Below are positions 18,919 through 28,517 of a stretch of DNA of 56,391 bases, piece after piece. The position numbers were made by a program, and so were the translations under genes. Position 1 is the first letter of the stretch, and each line of letters starts with the position of its first letter. This stretch comes from an uncultured Gammaproteobacteria bacterium. Its GTDB lineage: Bacteria > Patescibacteriota > Patescibacteriia > Patescibacteriales > JAKAJF01. The DNA lies in NCBI GenBank assembly GCA_964360445.1, contig CAYHWE010000002.1:1-56391 (forward strand), given 5' to 3'. Below the pieces are notes generated by a model. It was not told the origin of the DNA and ran no database searches. It was given only the letters and a program-made list of their open reading frames with translations.

Positions 18919-19870
18919 TTTGATTTGCCCAAAATGCAAGATAAGTTTAAAAAAAGAAAATGATTCTTTTGTTTGTGGCAGTTGTCAATTTATCCTAAAG
19001 AATAATAATGGTGTCTTGGTCGATAATGGCAATGAAGCGGGAAAAGATTTTTATGATAAGATTTATTCCGATGATAAGGGCGCGCATTGGCTTAAGGGGT
19101 TGGAGCGGAATTTTTTCAAAAGCATTTTGGAATTAATCAGCTTGAGTTATCGACGAGAAAGGTTTTTCAAGAGGAATATGCAGAGTGGCAAGGATAATAT
19201 GGTTTTAGATATCGCTTGCGGCGCCGGAAGGGATTATTTCCGTAAATTCGGTTATGTTGTCGGCGTTGATTTATCTTTGAAACCATTAGATATCGCCAAA
19301 AGAAAATATGACCTGATCATTCAGGGCGGGGCGGAGAATCTGCCTTTTGCTGATAATACCTTTGATTATGTGGTCAGTTCTGATTTTTTCGGGCATATAA
19401 AAAATGAAGATAAGGATGCGATCATAAAAGAAGTCTTGAGGGTTTTGAAGCCGGGCGGGAAAACATTGCATGTGATTGAAACGGATAGTGAAAATTTTTG
19501 GTTCAAGATTGCGCATAAGAATCCGGATTTGTTCCAGAAGTATTTCATTGAAAAAATCGGCGGCCATATCGGTTTGGAGATGCCGGATAAGGTTGTAAAA
19601 AGGTGGATGAATAATGGATTTGAAATTTTGAAGGTGAAGAAAATCTGGGGAGTGGTTTGGCCGATCCAGGATTATCAGATGTTTGATAATGAATATGAAA
19701 ACTTATTACGATCAGCAAAAACTTTTGTTATTATTTCTAAAATTTTAAGCAAGGTAAAGTTAGTCCAGGTCGGAGTGAATATTTTATTAAATCCGCTTAA
19801 CTCTATTATTGAGAGTTTGACGCCTATTAACAAGGGACAGGGATTGATGCTTATATGTCAGAAAAAGTAA
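18911..19870 (+). CDS. SAM-dependent methyltransferase with an N-terminal Trm112-like zinc ribbon
   Basis: LICPKCK...FVCGSCQF zinc ribbon, then VLDIACGAGRDY and LKPGG. Confidence 0.7.
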   Translation: MIDLICPKCKISLKKENDSFVCGSCQFILKNNNGVLVDNGNEAGKDFYDKIYSDDKGAHWLKGLERNFFKSILELISLSYRRERFFKRNMQSGKDNMVLDIACGAGRDYFRKFGYVVGVDLSLKPLDIAKRKYDLIIQGGAENLPFADNTFDYVVSSDFFGHIKNEDKDAIIKEVLRVLKPGGKTLHVIETDSENFWFKIAHKNPDLFQKYFIEKIGGHIGLEMPDKVVKRWMNNGFEILKVKKIWGVVWPIQDYQMFDNEYENLLRSAKTFVIISKILSKVKLVQVGVNILLNPLNSIIESLTPINKGQGLMLICQKK

Positions 19871-20511
19871 AATACAATTTCAGTGATGATCCGAGCGGGG
19901 TGCATATGGTTATTCTGGATGAAATCAGGAATAATAGCACGGTCCTAGATATTGGTTGCGCGAGCGGTTATATGGGCGAATTCTTGATCAAGGAAAAAGG
20001 TTGCAAGGTCTGGGGCATTGAACCGGATACAGATTTTGCGGCTAGGGCGAAAAATAGCGGTTATGATGTTGTTATCAATAAAGGAGTGGATGAGGGATTG
20101 AAAGATATCGAGGCGCAATTTGAATATATTATTATGGCTGATGTTTTAGAGCATTTAGTTGAGCCGGAGAGAGTATTGAAAAATGCGAAAAAATTTTTAA
20201 AGCCAGGAGGAAGGATATTCATTTCCCTGCCGAATATCGCCCACTATTCAATCCGCTTAAAGTTATTATTGGGAAAATGGGAGATGCAGGATTGGGGGAT
20301 TTTGGATAAGACCCATCTGCATTTCTACACCCTTGATTCCGCGAAAAAATTGTTGGAAGATGCGGGATTGAAAGTAGAAAAGTTGAGGCCGCGAGGCGAT
20401 TTGGAGAGATGGTTCAGGGGGTTCGGGTTAGAGAAAATCGGTAAAAAAATCTTGTTCTTTTGGCCTGAAATTTTTGCTGTCCAGTTCGTATTCATAACTA
20501 AAGCCGATTAA
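19855..20511 (+). CDS. Class I SAM-dependent methyltransferase
   Basis: VLDIGCASGYMGEF, ADVLEHLVEP, LKPGGRIFISLPN. Confidence 0.7.
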   Translation: MSEKVKYNFSDDPSGVHMVILDEIRNNSTVLDIGCASGYMGEFLIKEKGCKVWGIEPDTDFAARAKNSGYDVVINKGVDEGLKDIEAQFEYIIMADVLEHLVEPERVLKNAKKFLKPGGRIFISLPNIAHYSIRLKLLLGKWEMQDWGILDKTHLHFYTLDSAKKLLEDAGLKVEKLRPRGDLERWFRGFGLEKIGKKILFFWPEIFAVQFVFITKAD

Positions 20512-20512
20512 T

Positions 20513-21208
20513 ATGATTAAAGTTTCAATCATAGTTCCAACTTATAACGAATCAAAAAATCTACCCTTGTTGGTGCAGGAAATTTTTGATGTTATTGATA
20601 AGAATAAGATAGATCTGGAATTCATTATTGTTGATGATAATTCTCCGGATGGGACCGGACAGGTGGCGGAAGAATTAGGAAAACAATATCCGGTCCGAGC
20701 CATCCATCGCGCTGGAAAGTTGGGTTTGGGCAGCGCAGTCATTGAGGGATTCAAATTATCTGATAGGGAGCTTATGGGTGTTATGGATGGTGATTTAAGT
20801 CATGATCCGGCTATTTTGAATGAATTGATTTTGTCTTTGGAGGATAATGATATTGCGATAGGAAGCCGTTTTGTTGAGGGAAGTACCGTCGAGCAATGGG
20901 CTATGAACAGGAAGCTGATATCAGAAGCCGGAGTTTTTTTTGCACGGCTTTTGACTGGGGCAAGAGATCCTTTAAGCGGTTATTTCTTTATAAGAAAGAG
21001 CGTGATATCTGGCATTGATTTAAGGACAAAAGGATATAAAATACTCTTAGAAATTTTAGTGAAAGGCAGTTTTAACCGAGTAAAGGAACTTCCTTATAAA
21101 TTCAGGATAAGGAAATTCAGTTCGTCTAAACTTAATTATGAAGAGTATATTTTATTTTTTAAACAAATATTGCAATATGGTTGGATTAAATTTAAAAATT
21201 TTTTTTAA
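20513..21208 (+). CDS. Polyprenol-phosphate mannosyl/glycosyl transferase (Dpm1/Ppm1-like GT2)
   Basis: VSIIVPTYNESKNL, IVDDNSPDGT, MDGDLSHDP, GSRF..., KGYKILLE. Confidence 0.8.
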   Translation: MIKVSIIVPTYNESKNLPLLVQEIFDVIDKNKIDLEFIIVDDNSPDGTGQVAEELGKQYPVRAIHRAGKLGLGSAVIEGFKLSDRELMGVMDGDLSHDPAILNELILSLEDNDIAIGSRFVEGSTVEQWAMNRKLISEAGVFFARLLTGARDPLSGYFFIRKSVISGIDLRTKGYKILLEILVKGSFNRVKELPYKFRIRKFSSSKLNYEEYILFFKQILQYGWIKFKNFF

Positions 21209-22685
21209 TACAGTAAAAGAAAATAAATTATTTACCTTTCTAATGGGATTTTTTCTTTTAGTTTTGTTTATTTCTGTAAAACAATCAATTTGGCTTGATG
21301 AGAGTTTGAGTATTGATTTTTCTCGTCAGGGCATAAAGGATATTTTTTATATTTCGATGGCTGCCGATTTACATCCTCCGTTATACAATCTTTTCCTTCA
21401 CTATTCAGGGGAGGTATTCGGAAAAGAAATCTGGAGTTATCGTCTTTGGAGCGCAATTTTTTATATTTTAACAGCAGCTGTTTTATTCAATTATTTAAAA
21501 TATAGGGATCGTTTGAAAGATTTCAAGAATAATTCATATCTATTTGTCTCCCTTTTCCTTCTTTCTCCCTTTGCTGTTTACTATGCCAGCGAAGCTCGTT
21601 CTTATATGCTGACTATTTTAATTTCTTTAGTGCAATTCATAGCTTTTGATAAGATTTTTGACGAATCGCAAAATTATAAAAAACAGATATTCGCTTACAC
21701 TTCAATGTCGATAATAGGAATCTATGTTTTTTATCCAATTATATTTTTATTGGCAGCAGAATTTTTTTACGTAATCTTGTATAAGAGAAACTATTTTAAA
21801 AAGTTTATTTTTTCTTGGATTTTAATTTTTGTTTCTTATTTGCCTTGGATATATCTGGTCATTTTAAATAGAATCGGGGAGCAGCCTAGCCATTTTTTGC
21901 CAATCCCATGGTGGCAGATCCCAGCTATTATTTTTATAGGTTTTAGCGGGGGCAGGGTGGCTGTAACAGATGTAAATCATACTCATGATTATTGGCCGAC
22001 TATTTTAATTTCAGGGATTTACGCCCTTAATTTTATTGGATTTTTTTTCTGGCTAAAGGATAAACAAGATAGAGATTACTTTTTAAGGATAATTTTCATA
22101 TTTTTTGGCCCTATTTTAATCAGTCTATTGATATCTTTTTTAAGGTTCCCCGTTTTTGATCCACGTTATTATGCCGAGGTCTTTCCCTTATTTATTTTGA
22201 TTTTAATTTTTTCAAGCATTTATTTATCCAGATATTCCATTAAGATGTGGAAAAATTTTATTTCTTTCTTGATTTTTGTAAATATCTTATTTTTGGGATT
22301 ATATGGATTGAATGCAAACTATCAACGTGAACATTGGAAGTCGGTTGTTGTGGAGTTGGAAAAAGAGCTTCAATCAGGAGATAAGATCGTGTTTATTGGC
22401 CATAAACAGCCACCGCCATCTTATTCATCTTATCAGACGAAGAGTGTTGAGATTGTAAGTACATACCCTGACGATTTAAAAGATGTTCAAGATTATAATG
22501 CCATCGAAAAGACATTGAGGAATAAGTTGGAGGATGCGGAAAGGATTTGGTATTCACAATTTTTAGAATGGCAAAAGGATCCTGAGCATAAAATACGAGG
22601 TATGGTTGAGGACGAGTTTGAATATATTAAGACAATCGGCTTCTTTAAGGTAAAATTTGATTTATATGAGAGGAAGGGCAAATAA
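21138..22685 (+). CDS. GT-C fold membrane glycosyltransferase (PMT_2/ArnT-like, uses a polyprenyl-P-sugar donor)
   Basis: The first loop (WLDESLSIDF...ADLHPPLYNLFLHY) is followed by at least 10 hydrophobic helices and a C-terminal soluble domain. The start is ambiguous; ATGs at 21177 or 21243 are more likely than 21138. Confidence 0.65.
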   Translation: MKSIFYFLNKYCNMVGLNLKIFFNTVKENKLFTFLMGFFLLVLFISVKQSIWLDESLSIDFSRQGIKDIFYISMAADLHPPLYNLFLHYSGEVFGKEIWSYRLWSAIFYILTAAVLFNYLKYRDRLKDFKNNSYLFVSLFLLSPFAVYYASEARSYMLTILISLVQFIAFDKIFDESQNYKKQIFAYTSMSIIGIYVFYPIIFLLAAEFFYVILYKRNYFKKFIFSWILIFVSYLPWIYLVILNRIGEQPSHFLPIPWWQIPAIIFIGFSGGRVAVTDVNHTHDYWPTILISGIYALNFIGFFFWLKDKQDRDYFLRIIFIFFGPILISLLISFLRFPVFDPRYYAEVFPLFILILIFSSIYLSRYSIKMWKNFISFLIFVNILFLGLYGLNANYQREHWKSVVVELEKELQSGDKIVFIGHKQPPPSYSSYQTKSVEIVSTYPDDLKDVQDYNAIEKTLRNKLEDAERIWYSQFLEWQKDPEHKIRGMVEDEFEYIKTIGFFKVKFDLYERKGK

Positions 22686-22695
22686 TTAAATTTAA

Positions 22696-23568
22696 ATGGA
22701 TCGAGTAATTACAACTCCTGTTTCTGTTATAATCGTAAGTTATAATACGCGTGATTTAACCCGCAAGGCTTTATTGTCTTTGCGCGGATCAGCTATGCAG
22801 CCAGCACAAATCATTGTTGTTGATAATAATTCCGGCGATGATAGTGTGCAGATGATAAAAAATGAATTCAAGGAAGTTGTCTTGATTGAAAATAAGGAAA
22901 ATTTAGGTTTTGCAAAAGCGAATAATTTGGCAATCAAGATGGTGGACCAGCCGTATGTCTGGCTTTTGAATAGCGATGCGGAAGCCGGTAAAAATACTTT
23001 AAGAGAGCTTTATGATTATATGGAGAAAAATCCGAAGATCGGCGCGCTTTCTCCTCAACTTGTTTATCCTGATTGCAAACTGCAACCATTCGGCGGTTTT
23101 TTTCCTAGCTGCTTGAATTTATTTTTGTATTTAATTCCGTTATCTTATTTTTTGCCAGTTAGCATTAAAAGAAAGTTAAAAACATTAGCAATCTATCCGC
23201 AGTCGATTCCGGAAAATGGAATTGAGCTGGATTATGCGACCGGAGCCGCTTTGTTTTTGCGTAAAAAAGCCTTGGATCAAGTTGGATCATTGGGAGAAGA
23301 TTATTTCATGTACTTTGAGGAAACGGATTTATGCTGGCGCTTGAAAAAATCAGGATGGAAGGTGATGGCGATAAATACGGAGCCGGTCATGCATGTTTAT
23401 GGCGGCAGCTTCAAAACAAGGCATGATGCTAAGCGTTTGGGATTATTTTTGGAAAGCTTGGAAAAGTTTGTAAAAAAAAATTATAAAGGATTGAAAAAAA
23501 ACTTCATATTGGCAGAAATAATGATATTGGGAAAAATAAGTGTTATTTTTAAAGGTTTTAAAAAATAA
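22696..23568 (+). CDS. GT2 glycosyltransferase (WbbL/rhamnosyltransferase-like)
   Basis: VSVIIVSYNTRDLT, VVDNNSGDDS, NLGFAKANN, FEETDLCWR. Confidence 0.75.
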   Translation: MDRVITTPVSVIIVSYNTRDLTRKALLSLRGSAMQPAQIIVVDNNSGDDSVQMIKNEFKEVVLIENKENLGFAKANNLAIKMVDQPYVWLLNSDAEAGKNTLRELYDYMEKNPKIGALSPQLVYPDCKLQPFGGFFPSCLNLFLYLIPLSYFLPVSIKRKLKTLAIYPQSIPENGIELDYATGAALFLRKKALDQVGSLGEDYFMYFEETDLCWRLKKSGWKVMAINTEPVMHVYGGSFKTRHDAKRLGLFLESLEKFVKKNYKGLKKNFILAEIMILGKISVIFKGFKK

Positions 23569-23569
23569 T

Positions 23570-24529
23570 ATGGCTTTATTGATCACTACAATTTTAAATG
23601 AGCGAGGCAATATTGAAAAATGGCTCGACGGTATTTTGAACCAGTCTGCATTGCCGGATGAAATTATTATTGTTGATGGCGGTTCAAAGGATGGAACATG
23701 GGAATGGTTGTTGGAGCAAGGCAATAAAAATCCGAAAATTAAAGTTTTTCAGGAATCAGGCAATATTTCCCATGGCAGAAATTTTGCTATTAAACAGGCG
23801 CAAAGCGAGGTTATTGTCGCAACGGATGCTGGTTGTGTTTATGATCAGGATTGGTTCAAGGATATTACTGCTCCGTTTTTAAACGATAAAAGCGTGGTTG
23901 TTGCGACAGCTTTTGGCCCCTGGTTAGAGCGAGATGATAGTTTTTTAATTTACTTGCTCGCCGCTGCAACGACGCCAGCCCCAGTTGAGTTCAAGAAAGA
24001 CTGGCTTCCGTCTAGCCGTTCTGTGGCTTTTTTGAAATCAGATTGGGAGAGAGTTGGTGGTTATCCGGAATGGATTCCGATATGTGAGGATATTGTTTTT
24101 GATTTGAAATTAAAGAAGGCGGGAGTGGGATTCGATCATATCCGCGAGCCCTTGGTATTCTGGCAGCCCAGAAAAACCCTTAAGGCTTATTTCCGCCAGC
24201 TGTTCAAATATACGAAGGGTGACGGGCATGGAAAATTGTGGCCAAGGAGGCAATTCGTAAGATATTTCATCTACTCAGCTTCTTTGTTGCTCCTATATCT
24301 TTCTCTGATTAATGCTTTATTTTTAGGGGCCTTGTTCTTGGGTCTGGTTGTTTATATGAGGAAATTTTGGATCAGGTGGTTTGAGTTTTCCCGAAATCTT
24401 GGTATCGTAAAAATGATGGTCGGTTTCATTTTAGTCCCATTCATCATCGCTTTCGGTGATATAGCCAAAATGGCTGGCTGGCCAGTCGGAGTCTATGAAC
24501 GATGGACTGGAAAAATAAAATTTGAATAA
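23570..24529 (+). CDS. GT2 glycosyltransferase with C-terminal TM helices
   Basis: ITTILNERGNIEKWLDGI..IIIVDGGSKDGT...ATDAG. I chose the ATG at 23570 (TAAtATG after the upstream stop) over the GTG at 23540. Confidence 0.7.
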   Translation: MALLITTILNERGNIEKWLDGILNQSALPDEIIIVDGGSKDGTWEWLLEQGNKNPKIKVFQESGNISHGRNFAIKQAQSEVIVATDAGCVYDQDWFKDITAPFLNDKSVVVATAFGPWLERDDSFLIYLLAAATTPAPVEFKKDWLPSSRSVAFLKSDWERVGGYPEWIPICEDIVFDLKLKKAGVGFDHIREPLVFWQPRKTLKAYFRQLFKYTKGDGHGKLWPRRQFVRYFIYSASLLLLYLSLINALFLGALFLGLVVYMRKFWIRWFEFSRNLGIVKMMVGFILVPFIIAFGDIAKMAGWPVGVYERWTGKIKFE

Positions 24530-24533
24530 TTTT

Positions 24534-24563
24534 AAAAAATCCCTACTGAGTAGGGATTTTTTT
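24534..24563. terminator. Bidirectional terminator between convergent operons
   Basis: aaaaaATCCCTACtgaGTAGGGATttttttt, which overlaps the gtrA-like stop codon. Confidence 0.55.
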
Positions 24564-24959
24564 ATCGGCGAAAACCCAGAATTTGTAGAGAAGGAAATTC
24601 CACGAAACCGCTAAGGCGATATTCATGATTCTCGCGACCAGATAATGGACCGATAAATTTTCATTCAATGTCCACATCCAGAGCACGGAAAAAAGATAGT
24701 TTACACCTGCCAGAATATAAAATCTGATCATTTGTTGATGCGTTAAGCCGGCTGCCCCAAAGGACCACTTCTTATTGAGAAAGAAGACGTAATTCAGCAT
24801 GAGCAGCTGGTTGGCTATTACGGCCGTAACGGGGCGCATATCAAAAATTGTTTTTAAGACATACAATGACGCTATGTCAAGCGCAACTCCGCTTATGCCG
24901 ATCAGGAAGTATTTTAGGAATTGTTTAGACAGGAATTGTCTGATGATTTTTTTAAACAT
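24543..24959 (-). CDS. GtrA-family small membrane protein (polyprenyl-P-sugar translocation associated)
   Basis: 138 aa with four hydrophobic helices. Has FLKYFLIGISGVALDIASLYVL and a C-terminal NFLLYKFWVF, typical of GtrA. Confidence 0.7.
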   Translation of the reverse strand: MFKKIIRQFLSKQFLKYFLIGISGVALDIASLYVLKTIFDMRPVTAVIANQLLMLNYVFFLNKKWSFGAAGLTHQQMIRFYILAGVNYLFSVLWMWTLNENLSVHYLVARIMNIALAVSWNFLLYKFWVFADKKIPTQ

Positions 24960-24960
24960 T

Positions 24961-26253
24961 TTAAGCTATATTAATTTCCTCTTTTTTTATCAGATAAGAT
25001 GAACATATTGAATTATACACTATTGAAAAAATGATTCCAAGGCCGAAGGTGAGGCCGGCGCCGATTATGCCAAATTTCGGTATCAATACCAGATTCAGCC
25101 CGACATTTATTATGAGCTGGATAAAGCCGGAAATGGCAATCAATTTTGTCTTATTGAATGTTGTTACTATCAAGGACAAAGGTATATTAAATAAATTCAA
25201 TGCCATGCCGTAGCTCAGGACTAGATAAACAGGCATTGAATCTATATACTTGTCGCCAAAAACAAAAGTAATCAGATATTTGGACGGCGGAATTATCAGG
25301 AATAACAGTATCGTTATCGGTATGAGCCATTTCATCAGTTTTTTAGTTAGAGAAATAATCTCTTCTTTTGAGTGCAGGCTATTGTATTTTGGCATCAAGA
25401 CGGAGGTAATTGATTGTGATGCTATTGAATATAAATAAATGAACTGGAAGGCAATCGTATAAATAGCTACTTTTTCAAGACCCAATAGGTTGCTTAACAT
25501 GATCTGGTCAACCCTGCTTGCCAGTATCGCTGACAAGGACCAGATGGTAAGCCAAAAACTGAAATTGGCAATTTGGCTGTGTAATTTTTCTTTTACCTCG
25601 GCTTCTATCTGTATCTTTTCCAAATTACGAGGCAGGACACGATAGTAGAAGGTCAATAAGATCCAAGGGATCGATATGTAAACAAGAAGGAATAAATAGA
25701 TATCATTGAATCCGCTAAAAATAAATATAGCGGTCAGGGCTAGTCTTGATAAGCCCTTCAGGGATTGTATCAAGGAATTCTTGAAGAATTGCTGGGTTGC
25801 CTGCAAGTAAGTGCTAATAAAGCCAAGCAGGACAACGCCGCCGATGCCAAACAAGGAAAAAGCTAGGTAATTAGTTATTTGCGGCTGATCAAAGACGTAT
25901 TTTGCAATCGGATAGGAGAGGACGATTCCGCCAAGGGTTAAAATAATAGAAAGCCATACCCGCCAGCGCCAAATCGTTCTTATTACCTGCTTTAATTTTT
26001 CCGGCTCATTGCTTTGCTTGTAAAAGGGGATGAAGCGGAGCAAGCTGCCGTTCAAGCCTAAATCAGACATTTCAGCAATCGTGCTCAAGGCTAAAATGGA
26101 TAATGAAAATATGGCAAACCATTCTTTTTCAAGGGAGCGACCCAGGATTACGTTGATTAGGAATAATGAAATTCCATTTGCTAGTAATCCAAAATACGTA
26201 AAACCAAATTCATGCAATGATTTTTTTTTAAAAAAACCTTTAACTGATATCAT
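24961..26253 (-). CDS. Wzx-like MOP-superfamily oligosaccharide flippase
   Basis: 430 aa with about 12 TM helices, positioned within the glycan operon. Confidence 0.65.
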   Translation of the reverse strand: MISVKGFFKKKSLHEFGFTYFGLLANGISLFLINVILGRSLEKEWFAIFSLSILALSTIAEMSDLGLNGSLLRFIPFYKQSNEPEKLKQVIRTIWRWRVWLSIILTLGGIVLSYPIAKYVFDQPQITNYLAFSLFGIGGVVLLGFISTYLQATQQFFKNSLIQSLKGLSRLALTAIFIFSGFNDIYLFLLVYISIPWILLTFYYRVLPRNLEKIQIEAEVKEKLHSQIANFSFWLTIWSLSAILASRVDQIMLSNLLGLEKVAIYTIAFQFIYLYSIASQSITSVLMPKYNSLHSKEEIISLTKKLMKWLIPITILLFLIIPPSKYLITFVFGDKYIDSMPVYLVLSYGMALNLFNIPLSLIVTTFNKTKLIAISGFIQLIINVGLNLVLIPKFGIIGAGLTFGLGIIFSIVYNSICSSYLIKKEEINIA

Positions 26254-27736
26254 AATTATTTTTTCGCCATTTAATTAGTTGCCATAAAGGGTAAGCCATT
26301 ATTGTTATGACCACATAATAAAATATCCAGAGTTGGTGTGTTTTTGTGCTTGTTAGCATCTGAATCGCATAAAAGAATAAGGGGGACAAGCTAAGCCATA
26401 TTAAAATTTTTTCTAAATAAATATTTTTTTTGTGATTGTAAACAATCAGCCCTAGGGGAATGATCCATGTGATGTACCAAGGCCAAAATGACTTCTGCCA
26501 AATAAATAGATATATCAACAAGCTAATGAATATAGCTAAAATATAGTCTGATTCTTTTAATGGAATCTTTTTAAAGAGAACCAAGAATGCCTTTTTAAAT
26601 AAAGGATAAGCAAAGTATATAGCGACTATTAATAATGATAAATGTATTAGCCTTGTTAAAATCCAATGTGACTGGTTAGTAAGCAAAGAGTTGAATGAGG
26701 GCTGAAGGGTGTAGTAGGCAGTGGAAAATATGCTAAAAACTGCCCATTTTGATTGCAGGATTAATGGTTGAAAAACCTTCATGCCTTGCCAAAATGGAAG
26801 CCATGCAAAATAAGTGATTAGGGTGGAGATAGAAATACCAAGAATGGCTTCCATGCTCTTTTTCGAGTAGTTATTTTTATTTAAATCTTGCCACCACCAT
26901 AATATGAACCAAGGTGTTATAAGCAGGGGTATGAATTTGATCCAAATACTTATGGTCAGGAAAATAATCGTCAACCACCACTGCTTTTTATGTGAAAATA
27001 TAAAAGCAAGCAGAATCGGTATAAGCCACAATGCATCAAAATGTCCATTTACGATCCACTCGAATAAAATTAAAGGCTGAGTCAGCCAAAAGAAATAAAA
27101 TATTCTTTTATCACTATCCGGTGAATAAATTTTAATTAATTTAAATATTAAGAAACCAGCTATGATTAATGCTAGTATCATCAGTAGCTTCCATAAAATT
27201 ATAAAAATTAAAGGATTGCCAAGACTTATTTTATATATTACTTTAAATCCAAATAAAATTATAGGACCATACATCACGCCAATAGTCATTGTGTTATTAG
27301 GAGAAAAAAAATAGTTAGCTATAGACCAGCTTTCGGTATAAGGGTTAATGCCATTTTCTACTGCCTTACCAGCATTGAAATAGTAAATAGTATCACCAGA
27401 TCCAAATGGTGCTATGAGGAATGCGCAAATAATAAAAAATATTATCAATAGGTATGCTTTTTTGTTTAAAGTTTCTTGATTTGATTTAAGATAGTTGAAT
27501 ATGTATTTTCCATAAAAAAAGAAAAAAAGAAAAGTGGGCAGGAGTATTAGGCCCTGGATGATATGTTTTGTCGTGGTTATGCTGTATGTGCAAAATGGCC
27601 AGCTTACGCAAAAATAGCAAGAGTTTTTAATGATCTTGGCGTATTCCGAAGCTGAAAAGATGGTTAATAAAACCCAGCCCAGGAGGCCTAAATAAATATA
27701 TTTATACCTGTTTATTTTTTTAAGCATTTTTTCCAT
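26240..27736 (-). CDS. Polytopic GT-C-like mannosyltransferase (GT87/DUF2029/PimE-like)
   Basis: FGSGDTIYYFNAGKAVENGINPY, YGPI, NGHFDALWL, and IKFIPLL embedded in at least 11 TM helices. Confidence 0.5.
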   Translation of the reverse strand: MEKMLKKINRYKYIYLGLLGWVLLTIFSASEYAKIIKNSCYFCVSWPFCTYSITTTKHIIQGLILLPTFLFFFFYGKYIFNYLKSNQETLNKKAYLLIIFFIICAFLIAPFGSGDTIYYFNAGKAVENGINPYTESWSIANYFFSPNNTMTIGVMYGPIILFGFKVIYKISLGNPLIFIILWKLLMILALIIAGFLIFKLIKIYSPDSDKRIFYFFWLTQPLILFEWIVNGHFDALWLIPILLAFIFSHKKQWWLTIIFLTISIWIKFIPLLITPWFILWWWQDLNKNNYSKKSMEAILGISISTLITYFAWLPFWQGMKVFQPLILQSKWAVFSIFSTAYYTLQPSFNSLLTNQSHWILTRLIHLSLLIVAIYFAYPLFKKAFLVLFKKIPLKESDYILAIFISLLIYLFIWQKSFWPWYITWIIPLGLIVYNHKKNIYLEKILIWLSLSPLFFYAIQMLTSTKTHQLWIFYYVVITIMAYPLWQLIKWRKNNYDIS

Positions 27737-27737
27737 A

Positions 27738-28454
27738 TTATTTATATAGTCCTTTCAGCTGATTGATTTTCATCTGTATCAATTCCTGGAATGAGCTGAA
27801 AATAGCTTTAAAAACCTTAACGCGGGAGTCCTGGTCATGCGCCCAGGATACCGGCATTTGTCTTATTTTAAATTTTTTTAGCCTGGCAATGTATAAGATT
27901 TCCGTATCAAATCCCCATCTGTCAATCTGCGCCAAGGAAAAAATCTGTTTGGCGGCATTTTTCGAAAAGCATTTGAAGCCGCAAGTGAAATCGGTTACTC
28001 CAGGCACTAAAACATTGGAAATTTTTGTGAATCCATGTCCGAGAAAAGTCCTTAATTTTGATTCGCTTTTCTTTATGTCGGATCCCTTCAGGCGGCGGCT
28101 GCCGATAATTATTTCGTCTCCCGCATCGATAAATCCCAATAAATTATTAAATTCTTCCAGCGGCGTAGCCAGGTCGATATCAAAGAAAATTATCCAGTCG
28201 CCCTGAGTTGCCATAACGCCTTGTTTCACCGCGTATCCTTTGCCGCGATTTCCGCCATAATCGACAATCTGGAAGTCGTATCTTTTTTTATATTCTTCAA
28301 GAACGTTTTTCGTGCCGTCGGTTGAGCCGTCGTTGACAAAGATGATTTCAATTTTATGCCCGGCCAGTTTGTTGAAAAAGTTAAAAATTTTACCAATATT
28401 CTGAGGAATCCTTTTTTCTTCATTATAAACAGGGATGATTATGCTGAAATTCAT
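27738..28454 (-). CDS. GT2 polyprenyl-phosphate glycosyltransferase (dolichyl-P glucosyltransferase-like)
   Basis: MNFSIIIPVYNEEKRI, FVNDGSTDGT, FDIDLATP, GSRR. I chose the ATG at 28454 because the track start at 28496 is a TTG lying upstream of the G9 tract. Confidence 0.75.
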   Translation of the reverse strand: MNFSIIIPVYNEEKRIPQNIGKIFNFFNKLAGHKIEIIFVNDGSTDGTKNVLEEYKKRYDFQIVDYGGNRGKGYAVKQGVMATQGDWIIFFDIDLATPLEEFNNLLGFIDAGDEIIIGSRRLKGSDIKKSESKLRTFLGHGFTKISNVLVPGVTDFTCGFKCFSKNAAKQIFSLAQIDRWGFDTEILYIARLKKFKIRQMPVSWAHDQDSRVKVFKAIFSSFQELIQMKINQLKGLYK

Positions 28455-28471
28455 AAAATAAATAGGTTTTA

Positions 28472-28480
28472 CCCCCCCCC
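28472..28480 (-). repeat. Homopolymeric G9 (C9 on the + strand) tract in the 5' region of the GT2 gene
   Basis: The sequence accccccccct was counted directly. The tract lies 18-26 nt upstream of ATG 28454. Confidence 0.9.
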
Positions 28481-28517
28481 TGACCTTCTTTACCAAAAGG
28501 GAGGGGTTAGGCCAGGA

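Noticed and set aside
26221-26237. Long A/T homopolymers (for example T10A7 at the start of wzx, and A8 runs at 23471-23500) as phase-variation sites.
   Set aside because: A/T runs of this length are expected in DNA with 25-35% GC. Only G/C runs stand out statistically, so only those are reported.
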